From contig CAWVRN010000024.1 in NCBI GenBank assembly GCA_963932905.1, positions 8,113-72,112 of the forward strand: a stretch of DNA of 64,000 nucleotides, read 5' to 3'. Of the stretch, positions 1 to 8,978 are shown in pieces. Made by a program: the position numbers and the translations under genes. Source of the stretch: an uncultured Bdellovibrio sp. (GTDB taxonomy: Bacteria; Bdellovibrionota; Bdellovibrionia; Bdellovibrionales; Bdellovibrionaceae). Each line of letters begins with the position of its first letter. Within the stretch, counting starts at the first letter, position 1. Below the pieces are notes generated by a model. That model made no database searches and was not told the origin of the DNA. It worked only from the letters and a program-made list of their open reading frames with translations.

Positions 1-381
1 TTTTTCGGGGTCTAAATCCTTTTTGATCACGCGGGCTTTAGTACTTTCGAAACTTTCGTCGAGTTCAACCAGATCAGCTCCGTACTTGTCGTTCGCTTCG
101 ATAATCGAAGACAACATCAGACGTTGCAATGGACGCTCGTTAGGCGTAACCACATCATCCGATATCATTTCTGTAATCAAACATTTGAAACGTTTTTCTG
201 CGGCAAACGCACAAAAGACAATAGGTGCTTTGTTGAGATTAACCCCTTCCCATTGCGGAGAACTGCGGAATACATCAAAGAATTCAACCAAAGAGTTTGT
301 CCTAATCTGCGCCAACGTATACAAATTTTCGCCAATCCTTAAAGACAGAATTGTTTTTTTCTTTGAGGTAGTACGTTTCAT
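1..381 (-). CDS. Hypothetical protein, runs off the left edge (MKRTTSKKKTILSLRIGENLYTLAQIRTNSLVEFFDVF...)
   Basis: Translated by hand: ATG at 381 with AGGA just upstream, open to position 1. Co-oriented with the 422..3058 gene. Absent from the ORF track because it has no stop in the window. Confidence 0.75.
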   Translation of the reverse strand, partial: MKRTTSKKKTILSLRIGENLYTLAQIRTNSLVEFFDVFRSSPQWEGVNLNKAPIVFCAFAAEKRFKCLITEMISDDVVTPNERPLQRLMLSSIIEANDKYGADLVELDESFESTKARVIKKDLDPEK

Positions 382-421
382 TTTATGGTCCTACACCCAT
401 GGTGTCTAATGGGCCGTTGGC

Positions 422-3058
422 TTACTCCGCTTTGAAAGTTCTAAATTCAAATTCTGTTTTATATAAATCCGTTTTCTCAGAGTCTTTGAAAAGAGTTTGG
501 CATGTGCCGTAGGCCTGTTTTTTCCAGTTCTTTTCGTCAGGTCCTAAATCTTTTTTCCATATAACTTCTTTCTGTTTTTCTAATTTGGCTTTCATACCCT
601 TGGGCATACCCGGAGGAGCCATGTCAGAAGCTAAACCACGGAAGGACTTTTGAATGTTTTGGTCTTTAGTTAGCATCGCGTTGTATTTTAATTCTTCGAA
701 CTGAATTCCCGCAGTACAAAGTTCATATTGGTTTTCCTTTTTATCTTTCTCTTTACGAATGAACTGAACACCAAAACCACTCCATACACCGCGCCCTAAT
801 GTTGCATTAAATGCGACGCCGGGAATAAAGCGTAAACCGACAATGTTTTCCTTTTTGCCAAGATTTAGCGTATAGTCGAAATTCTTTAAGTTTACCGTCA
901 AGTTGTTTGAAGCGTTCGTTCCCACTTCAAAACCTTTTAAATAACTAGAATCGGCCATGTACTGAGTTAAGTCAGCAGTCGGGATAGATGGTAGGTTGAA
1001 GAAATCCATCATCGCGTATTTTTCATTTAATTCGAAGTTTACAAAATTCTTAACAAGTTCTTCTTTCATGCGATCAACCGAACCTTCTTGGAAGGTGCTT
1101 AGGCAGTGGGTCGCCGTGATTGTGTTCATGCAGAATAACTCGATGTAGAAAGAATCATAGAAATCGGCGACGTAGTATTCCCAGTTACGATTGTTTTGAT
1201 CTTTGTAAGTTTTGATTTTTTTGACCCCAGATGGGAAATCTTTGACTTTGAAATCCGCTTTCGCTTTTGGACGTAAAAATGGGAAAAAGCGTAGGGATAC
1301 GATCGCGCCCTCTGGTCCGATGAAAACATCTTTCATTGTTTTTAACGTATTCTCTTCGCGTTTTTTCATGTCCTTTTCTGGGGTGCTGTATACGATGGAA
1401 AAGTCAGGACTTGCTATAAAGTATCTAGAAATATCTATTGATTCTTTTGAATCTTTCACTGAGGAATACACTTGATAGTTTTTATCTTTAGGAACTTCAA
1501 AGCGTTCTTCAATTAACATTCCTTTGGTCGCCATATAACCTTCGTTATATAAATATGTTCGTTCTTTCTTCCAATCGTTCAACGTCATTTCGTAGCCGAT
1601 CTGACCGCTAGTGCCGACCAAACCAATCGATTTAGGGACCAACGTATCATTCACTGATTTAAAAACGACGTAAGGATCGCTTGTCGTAGATGGGATAACA
1701 TAAGGTAAACTTTTCGTTGCTTGAGTTTCCCAATCCGTGCCCGGTAAATCTTCTTTACGAATCATTTGACTAACAGATAAGATTTTTTCTTTGGCGACTT
1801 CATGGAATTTTTGAAAATACATTCCATGCGATTGATCAAAATTAAATGGCACCTGAATTTTAACATTAAATTTATTTAGAACTTCAAGCAGGTGAGGCTT
1901 GTTGTCTAACTTTTCGATCAGCGGTAGGCGGAATGATTTCGACAAATAGTACTCAATACCACCAAAATTTAAATCTGAAGTTTTAGAATCAAACACGATT
2001 TCTTTTGGATCGCGATTCAATACAAAGTTGTTAAAACCATTGCGTAAATCCTGGTACGAAATACCGATGTTATAGTTCTCTGCCATATTTTTTCTTGAAA
2101 CTAAGGCAACAACTTCGCCTTTCTCATTCAACAGTGGACCACCGCTGTTTCCTGGGCTAGCAGCCGCAGAGAAGCGGATGTATTTCACATTAGGATCATT
2201 TGGATCTTCAGTTTCACCCGAGATAATACCTTCGCGGATAGCTAACCCTTCGCCCGCAACATTACCGATCGTGAATACTTTTTGACCCACTTCAATTTTT
2301 TCAGTGAAGCGGAAAAATGGATTGTCATTGAATCCTTCGACTTCTAGGAACATATAGTCTTTTGTGAAATCAAAGCCTAAAACACGTTTAGGAATGATTT
2401 CGCGATTATCAAATGTTTTCAAAATGAAATCTTTTTCGATAGACAACCCAGGAGGCGGGCTAACGCAATGGTGAGCCGTCAACAGAATGTTTTTCTCGAC
2501 CAGGAATCCGGTACAGAACCCCACTGTTTCTTTGAAATCTTCCTCTTTTAAATCGGCCTCTTTTTTAATTTTTTCTAATAGGTCTTTTTTAACTTTTAAT
2601 TCAAACTTTAGAATTTTGTTTTCTGAAAAACCCATCAAGGATTTAGAATCAAATTTATTTTGGTAATAGTAAGAGAAATAGGTTGTAACCGCGGCCATCA
2701 CAAACAGGATTGCTGTATAGCTGGCTGCTCTAATGTAGCTATAGTTTTTTTGTACCGGTTTTTCTTCTAGAACATGAGTCTTTTCGTTAGCCAGGAATGT
2801 ATCCAAGAAAATTGAAAGGCCGTTTTTCATGTCCACGCTGACCGAATCAGTGAGGGTAGTTACAGAGTTTTTTAATCCTGATTCATTCCGGAAATGCCAG
2901 CGACCTTCTTCGAAATATAAAACCCCTTGAAACCGTGACACAGTAGGAACGGGAAGTTGGACATCACAGTTTAAACCTCGGCCAACCGTATAGGATTTGT
3001 TAATCTGAGGTTCAAGAGTGCCTACGATTTGGTTTTTATGTCGGAAATAGATCTTCAT
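422..3058 (-). CDS. FHA-domain, membrane-anchored trypsin-like (S1) serine protease
   Basis: N-terminal FHA motif (VGR...VSRFQ...N), one hydrophobic TM segment, then triad motifs TAHHC / DYMFL / GNSGGP and a long unassigned C-terminal region. Confidence 0.85.
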   Translation of the reverse strand: MKIYFRHKNQIVGTLEPQINKSYTVGRGLNCDVQLPVPTVSRFQGVLYFEEGRWHFRNESGLKNSVTTLTDSVSVDMKNGLSIFLDTFLANEKTHVLEEKPVQKNYSYIRAASYTAILFVMAAVTTYFSYYYQNKFDSKSLMGFSENKILKFELKVKKDLLEKIKKEADLKEEDFKETVGFCTGFLVEKNILLTAHHCVSPPPGLSIEKDFILKTFDNREIIPKRVLGFDFTKDYMFLEVEGFNDNPFFRFTEKIEVGQKVFTIGNVAGEGLAIREGIISGETEDPNDPNVKYIRFSAAASPGNSGGPLLNEKGEVVALVSRKNMAENYNIGISYQDLRNGFNNFVLNRDPKEIVFDSKTSDLNFGGIEYYLSKSFRLPLIEKLDNKPHLLEVLNKFNVKIQVPFNFDQSHGMYFQKFHEVAKEKILSVSQMIRKEDLPGTDWETQATKSLPYVIPSTTSDPYVVFKSVNDTLVPKSIGLVGTSGQIGYEMTLNDWKKERTYLYNEGYMATKGMLIEERFEVPKDKNYQVYSSVKDSKESIDISRYFIASPDFSIVYSTPEKDMKKREENTLKTMKDVFIGPEGAIVSLRFFPFLRPKAKADFKVKDFPSGVKKIKTYKDQNNRNWEYYVADFYDSFYIELFCMNTITATHCLSTFQEGSVDRMKEELVKNFVNFELNEKYAMMDFFNLPSIPTADLTQYMADSSYLKGFEVGTNASNNLTVNLKNFDYTLNLGKKENIVGLRFIPGVAFNATLGRGVWSGFGVQFIRKEKDKKENQYELCTAGIQFEELKYNAMLTKDQNIQKSFRGLASDMAPPGMPKGMKAKLEKQKEVIWKKDLGPDEKNWKKQAYGTCQTLFKDSEKTDLYKTEFEFRTFKAE

Positions 3059-3081
3059 TTAGTCTCCAAAGCTATGAAAAA

Positions 3082-3109
3082 CTATCGGCCATCACCGGGA
3101 ATTCATTGA
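3082..3109 (-). promoter_or_regulatory. Putative sigma28 (FliA) promoter for the FHA protease
   Basis: Minus strand TCAA-N16-GCCGATAG. The -10 is near-consensus; the spacer is one base longer than canonical. Confidence 0.5.
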
Positions 3110-3230
3110 GGCCAGCTAAGAAAAACAGCAGTTCGGACCAAAGGCGTACGCCTACGCACAAGGCAAATAAAGTCTTTATTGACGAAAGCTAAATTTGTGA
3201 ATAACTCTAGGGCTTTAACAGCGGGGATTT

Positions 3231-3797
3231 ATGTACGATACATCAGATTTTAAAAAAGGCCTTAGAATTTTATTTGAAGACGGACCATTCCAAGTGATGG
3301 ATTTCCAACACGTTAAGCCAGGTAAGGGCAATCAGTTCACACGAACTAAGCTTAAAAACCTTTTAACGGGCCAAAACCGCGAGTTGACGTTCAAATCTGG
3401 TGAAAAGTTCGGTATTCCAAACGTAGAAAACAAAGAAATGACATTCTTGTACAAAGATGAAAATGGTTACAACTTTATGGACCAGACCAATTACGAGCAA
3501 ATCACTATGACTGCCGATGATATTGGTGAGAACGTTAATTATCTTCATGACGATTTGAAAGTTGTTATTTTACTATATAACGAACGTCCAGTAGCCGTGG
3601 ATGTGCCGAAGGCTGTTAATCTTAAAGTGGCTCAAACAGATCCTGGCGTAAAAGGTGATCGTGTTACAGGTGCTACTAAAGCGGCGATTTTGGAAAGCGG
3701 CTTAAAAGTGAATGTGCCTCTTCACATCAATGAAGGCGATTTATTACGTATCGATACGTCAACGGGCGATTACGTAGAACGCGTCAGCCAGAAATAA
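3231..3797 (+). CDS. efp: Elongation factor P
   Basis: HVKPGKG loop, PGVKGD motif, TGDYVERV C-terminus, 188 aa. Confidence 0.98.
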   Translation: MYDTSDFKKGLRILFEDGPFQVMDFQHVKPGKGNQFTRTKLKNLLTGQNRELTFKSGEKFGIPNVENKEMTFLYKDENGYNFMDQTNYEQITMTADDIGENVNYLHDDLKVVILLYNERPVAVDVPKAVNLKVAQTDPGVKGDRVTGATKAAILESGLKVNVPLHINEGDLLRIDTSTGDYVERVSQK

Positions 3798-3978
3798 TCA
3801 CCCTGGGTGATCTTGCCAACGGCAACCCGTATTTTCCAAGCGTTTTCCATATAGCTATTTTTGCCTCGTTCGTAGGTCCTAAATAGCTATGACGCAACAA
3901 ATTAAGTCTCATTAAACACAAGATAATTCTGCAAAATTAAAGAGCGCACATTGGCCGCCAAAAACGGAGGATTATCTT

Positions 3979-5025
3979 TTGGCTTTATCGCTCGACGATG
4001 AGATTCATATTCATTTAAACCAAGGTCATCCACCGTCATTTATTGCCGAATGGATTTACGAAAAGATGATTGCGTCTGACTACGAATGGTCGGATGCGAA
4101 CATCAACACGTTTTGCCTATTCATTCTAAAATCGGGTCGTTGCGATTTAATTCTGTATTTCTTTTTAAAATTTCACAAAGATGAAAATCTTAAGTTGCCT
4201 CCGGCGTTTTTAATTTGGGCCATTGTTAAAAGCTTTCCAACCATTTCAAAAGAACTTCATAAGATTGTGGTCGCCTATTTGAACGACGACATGAAACGGT
4301 GGGTGGAAGCCTCGTTAACAAAGCTTGGCGACAGTGAATGGCCAGGAATCCGCGAGAACCGCAAAAAACTACGCGATCTGAATTCCCAAAAACTAACAAA
4401 GCTGCGCAAAGAATTAATACAGAAATTTGAATTGTTTAGCAGCCAAAATTTAAATGAGCCAGCCAAGAATACAATTCGAAAATTAGAGAAAGTATTCCCG
4501 AATGACCCTGAAATCGTCCGCATCACATTGAAATTTAAAGAAAAAGATGCCGAAAATATTTTCGACAAACATCGGTTTAAGAAATCGCGCTTGGATGTTA
4601 AACCTAAACCTGATCCTGAATTTGAATCGGCACAAGCCGGTTTGGCGAAGTTTATTAAACAAAATCTGGCCCGGTTTGAAGGGTATGAATCTGATATTGC
4701 TATTATGTGCATTACTATGGAAATGCCAGAGACCGCTTTAGAAATGTTTCACAGTCCAGATATAATTAACGAACACATTTGGCTCTATATGGAAGTGTTG
4801 TTGTTAAATCGTCGGAATCTAGAAATTTTGACACTATTACCAGCTGTAGAAAAAGGGTATTCGCATTTGCCAGATACCTTTTTAGCGTGCACATTCCTGC
4901 GTTCATTGGCGTTATGGAATCTTGGTGAAAAGAACACGGCGATCGAGGTTTTGCAGTCTGTAGTAGAAATTAAACCGAGTTACCGCAGTTCTGATGTTCT
5001 GCTGGCTGAATGGAGCCGATCTTGA
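3979..5025 (+). CDS. Helical/TPR-like protein, probable Bd2492 (MglA partner) homolog
   Basis: TTG start 8 nt after GGAGG; C-terminal TPR-like helices; lies between efp and tamB, as I recall for B. bacteriovorus bd2492. Confidence 0.65.
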   Translation: MALSLDDEIHIHLNQGHPPSFIAEWIYEKMIASDYEWSDANINTFCLFILKSGRCDLILYFFLKFHKDENLKLPPAFLIWAIVKSFPTISKELHKIVVAYLNDDMKRWVEASLTKLGDSEWPGIRENRKKLRDLNSQKLTKLRKELIQKFELFSSQNLNEPAKNTIRKLEKVFPNDPEIVRITLKFKEKDAENIFDKHRFKKSRLDVKPKPDPEFESAQAGLAKFIKQNLARFEGYESDIAIMCITMEMPETALEMFHSPDIINEHIWLYMEVLLLNRRNLEILTLLPAVEKGYSHLPDTFLACTFLRSLALWNLGEKNTAIEVLQSVVEIKPSYRSSDVLLAEWSRS

Positions 5026-8000
5026 AGACTAAGATTTGGCTTTTTGCGACTCCACTGGGGATTTTACTTTTGATTTATGCGATCTTAAAAGTGATCGTAT
5101 TTCCCATTGCGACCGACTATGCCAATGATCAGCTTCTAAAAATATCTAATTCTAACAACTACGCTGAAATTCAATTCGAAAAAGTCGATTTTGAAGTTTT
5201 TGATCCTCGTCTTAAAATTAAAAATATTAAAATTAAAACCAAAGAATCATTGCGTCCGATCGTAAAAGATTTCGATATCAAAGAGGTCGACTTAAAAATC
5301 AATTTATTTGATATGTTGTTGGGGAAATTGAATTTTAATGTGCTAAGCGTAGACGAGTTAAAGTTAGACGTGGAACTGGACCCATTTTTAAATCTACCAA
5401 AATCTAAATCTGAATTTAATATTAACCAGCTTTACGAAGTTTTAAATTTGGTTCCTATCCAACGTTTTAAAATAGATAACTTAAGTCTAAATTTAAATTC
5501 AGAAAAGCATAAAATTAATTTTAAAATTAATGAATCGTATATACGAACAAGTTACCTAGATTCAAAATTTTTAGCGCGAATGAATATCAAGAACAGTGTG
5601 GTCAAAAACGAAAAAAATGATTCCAGTTTTCCTCTAGAATTCAATGCCAATTTGCTGTTCTCAAAATCTAACCTGTTAATTCGGGAAATCCAGTTGAAAG
5701 TCAAAGACAACGTTTTGAAGTTTGACGGGATGATTGATGACGTGAATCAGTTCAATAGCGACGTCACTGGTAAAATTAGCCTAACTAACAAAACGGATCT
5801 GCAAGAAATAAAAACAATTCTAGAAAATTTCGAACTGCTGAAGCTGAAAGAAAAACTGGAAGGTAAAGTTACGCTTGTTGGGAATTTAGCATTTCAAGGC
5901 CTGCACTCGATAGATGGCAATATCGATTTAAATTCAGAAAATATCATTTTTGATAAATTTGATTTTGGCACGGCCATTATCAAAAGTGAGTTTAAAAAAG
6001 ATAGAGTTAAGTTTTCGAATATCGAGCTTATCCACCCAGCAGGTAAAGTAACGCTTACAGATTCATCAATCTCTCTAAAAGAACCTCATGAATTTAAGGC
6101 GGGTGTGTCATCGGAACGATTTGATCTGCAAAAGCTATTTCAGTCTTTGAATTTAAAAGAAGTTCCTGTGTTTGTTGCTATTTCGCCAAAAGTACAGTGT
6201 GAAGGCGTTGTAAAAAACTTCAATATTTTCTGCAAAGCCGATGTGAAAGGCTTTGGTTTAAAAGTTCAATCTGAAATGCATAATCCACAATCGCGCATCG
6301 TTGAATTAGGCGATTTTTCTGTCAATGGCGAGTTTTTTTCTGACTTAGATAAAATTGCCTATAAAGGTGTAGTAACCATTAATGACAATACCGCTGATAG
6401 TGAAGGCGTCGTTGAATACGCCAAGGGATTCGATATTAAATTTAAGTCGGCTAATGTTGATTTTAAAAATATTATCTCGCTTGCGAATCTAGATTTCAAA
6501 GGTGCATTGGCGTTAGAAGGTAGCACTAAAGGGAATTCGAACAGTGCCGTATTTGGAATGAAAGTTATCGGTACTGATTTTAGTTTAGAGAAATACAATT
6601 TTGGAGTGTTAGAAACACAGCTGTCATATCTGGACGGAACATTGACTTTGGGTGACCTAAAGGGACAGATCGGTCAGTCAAAATACACTGGAAATTTGGA
6701 TTTAAAACTGCGCGATTCTGAGATTCATGGGTTCATCAATTTCGACTCGGCAAAATTAAAAGATATTTTGACCATCACCAAAGATGTAGTTCCCGTTCCA
6801 TTTAATGTCGATGGATTTGGATACGCACACGTTAAGTTGGGGGGACCACTAGATTTCTGGAAATTGAGTTATAATTTGGAATCAGCATTTAAAGATGTTC
6901 TGGTGTACACCGAAAACTTCCATGAGCTTAAGCTGAATATTAATGCGGATAAAGGAACATCTGTTTTCACGAATAGCGGACTTTCAAAACGAAATGCAAA
7001 GGTATCGGTCGAGGGCACTTTGAATTCTGATAAGACATTCAGCTTGTCGGGAACAGGACAGGGGTTTCGACTTGAAGAAAGCGATTTTGTGAAAAGTCTA
7101 AATGTACCTATTTTTGGTGATTTGGGCTTTACCTACACAACCAGAGGTCCCATTAACAATCCTAAATTGAATGTACAAATCAATTCACCCGAGGTCTTAA
7201 TTGGTGAAAAGCAATTAGAGTCTAGTAATATTAAATTGAGTTTAGATAAAACGGCGATGGACTGGGACATGCATTTGTTCAATGAAAAATTGAATGCTAT
7301 TATCCGCTGGCCATTTGATATCACCGACTCGAAGGTAATTTTAAATTCAAAATTTGAAAATTTTGACTATACCGTGTTGTTCCCATTTATTGGCGCGGAA
7401 AGCCTGCAAGGTGATTACCTTGGTAACTTAACGGGTGAAACGGCATTAACAGCAAGTGATACGCATTTGGGTGATCTTGATGGTAAGATTTCGATTGGTG
7501 ATTTAGTCCTTCAGCGCGGCGATATGCGATTAAATTTAGCGGAAAAAGGTACTATTCAATGTAAGAAGGGTGAATTTTCAATTTCGGAAATGAAACTGGT
7601 CGGACCTGATAATATTATTGAACTTTCCGGTGAGGATTTCACCTTTGATCGATTAAATGTGCGTGTGAGTGCTAAATCAGACCTACGGATATTGCATTTC
7701 CTTGCTCCATTTTTAGAAGAAATGAGCGGACCTTTTGAACTCGGTGCACGTATTTCTGGTCCGATGAAAGCGCCGCGAATACTGGGGCAATCTGTTGTAC
7801 AAGATGCGTATATTAAAATCAAAAATTTTCCCCATCCGTTTGAGAAAGTAAATACGACGCTTGTGTTTTCGCAGTCAAAAATATTCGTGCAAAATTTAAA
7901 ATCTAACTTTGCCGGTGGTATTGCAAAAGCCGATGGTCAAATAGAGATTGTCGGACCTAAGAGTGTTCCATTGTTTTTAAATATCAAAGCCGAAAATGTG

Positions 8001-8978
8001 AACTTGAACATTCCGGATAAAGTGCGTACCAGCGGAAATGCTAACTTGGTATTGTCGGGAAAATGGTTTCCGTTCCTAGTGGCAGGCAGCTACAATGTTA
8101 GCGGTGGGATATTCGAAAAAGAAATCGGCGGTGAAGAAACCGGTCAAACTACAAAACAAAGTATTTATCTGCCTAAATCTTTGAAAGAAAAAACTTTTGA
8201 TCCTTTAGCGTTAGATATTAATGTATTTTTGGATAATAAATATTTGGTTAAAAATTCTCAAGTAGATGGATTTGCAACTGGCAATGTTCAGTTGCGTGGA
8301 CCGCTTTCAAATATCTTGTTGTTTGGAAAAATAGAATTAGAAAAGGGAACAAAACTGTACTTCAAAGATAAAATATTTGAACTGCAAAGTGGTATGCTAA
8401 ACTTTGCCAATCCTAACGAAATTAATCCAGATCTGTATATTACAGCGTCTGCTCGTGTCAGTGAATACGATATCAATATTCTTCTTCAGGGCCCGGCAAA
8501 AACGGCGGGTATTAAAATGAGTAGTTCACCGCCGCTGGCAGAAAACGAAATTATCTCGTTGTTAGCGTTGGGGATAACATCGTCTCAATTGGAACAAAAC
8601 GTACAGTCCAAAGATCAGGCGACGCAAACGGCGACAGAATTAGGTGCAGCCGTGCTATCCCAATCGGCTTTAACTAAAGGAATCAAAAATAGGCTCGGGC
8701 TTGAAATCCAATTTGTAAATCAATTCGATTCGACTAAAAATGCGGCAGTATTGAAAGCAACTGCTACTAAAAAAATAACAAACAAGGTTCAAGCCACCGC
8801 CAGTCGAGCATTGGGTACAGATCCGACCACTGAAGTGAAAATCCAATATTTCTTCAATAACAATGTATCGGCGATTGGGAACTGGGAAGGACGCCAGTTT
8901 GAGGGAACGGAAAATAGCGATCGTCAGTCTCAGAGTGTGTTTGGCTTAGACTTAGAGTTTAAACGGGAGTTCAGATGA
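5010..8978 (+). CDS. tamB: Translocation/assembly module TamB (AsmA-like, DUF490)
   Basis: N-terminal anchor, long beta-rich body, C-terminal SSSPPLAENEIISLLALG motif; overlaps the Omp85 gene start. Confidence 0.88.
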   Translation: MEPILKTKIWLFATPLGILLLIYAILKVIVFPIATDYANDQLLKISNSNNYAEIQFEKVDFEVFDPRLKIKNIKIKTKESLRPIVKDFDIKEVDLKINLFDMLLGKLNFNVLSVDELKLDVELDPFLNLPKSKSEFNINQLYEVLNLVPIQRFKIDNLSLNLNSEKHKINFKINESYIRTSYLDSKFLARMNIKNSVVKNEKNDSSFPLEFNANLLFSKSNLLIREIQLKVKDNVLKFDGMIDDVNQFNSDVTGKISLTNKTDLQEIKTILENFELLKLKEKLEGKVTLVGNLAFQGLHSIDGNIDLNSENIIFDKFDFGTAIIKSEFKKDRVKFSNIELIHPAGKVTLTDSSISLKEPHEFKAGVSSERFDLQKLFQSLNLKEVPVFVAISPKVQCEGVVKNFNIFCKADVKGFGLKVQSEMHNPQSRIVELGDFSVNGEFFSDLDKIAYKGVVTINDNTADSEGVVEYAKGFDIKFKSANVDFKNIISLANLDFKGALALEGSTKGNSNSAVFGMKVIGTDFSLEKYNFGVLETQLSYLDGTLTLGDLKGQIGQSKYTGNLDLKLRDSEIHGFINFDSAKLKDILTITKDVVPVPFNVDGFGYAHVKLGGPLDFWKLSYNLESAFKDVLVYTENFHELKLNINADKGTSVFTNSGLSKRNAKVSVEGTLNSDKTFSLSGTGQGFRLEESDFVKSLNVPIFGDLGFTYTTRGPINNPKLNVQINSPEVLIGEKQLESSNIKLSLDKTAMDWDMHLFNEKLNAIIRWPFDITDSKVILNSKFENFDYTVLFPFIGAESLQGDYLGNLTGETALTASDTHLGDLDGKISIGDLVLQRGDMRLNLAEKGTIQCKKGEFSISEMKLVGPDNIIELSGEDFTFDRLNVRVSAKSDLRILHFLAPFLEEMSGPFELGARISGPMKAPRILGQSVVQDAYIKIKNFPHPFEKVNTTLVFSQSKIFVQNLKSNFAGGIAKADGQIEIVGPKSVPLFLNIKAENVNLNIPDKVRTSGNANLVLSGKWFPFLVAGSYNVSGGIFEKEIGGEETGQTTKQSIYLPKSLKEKTFDPLALDINVFLDNKYLVKNSQVDGFATGNVQLRGPLSNILLFGKIELEKGTKLYFKDKIFELQSGMLNFANPNEINPDLYITASARVSEYDINILLQGPAKTAGIKMSSSPPLAENEIISLLALGITSSQLEQNVQSKDQATQTATELGAAVLSQSALTKGIKNRLGLEIQFVNQFDSTKNAAVLKATATKKITNKVQATASRALGTDPTTEVKIQYFFNNNVSAIGNWEGRQFEGTENSDRQSQSVFGLDLEFKREFR

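Noticed and set aside
23..409. Plus-strand ORFs of 128 aa and 72 aa
   Set aside because: Antisense shadows of the minus-strand ORF starting at 381, which has an RBS and more protein-like composition.
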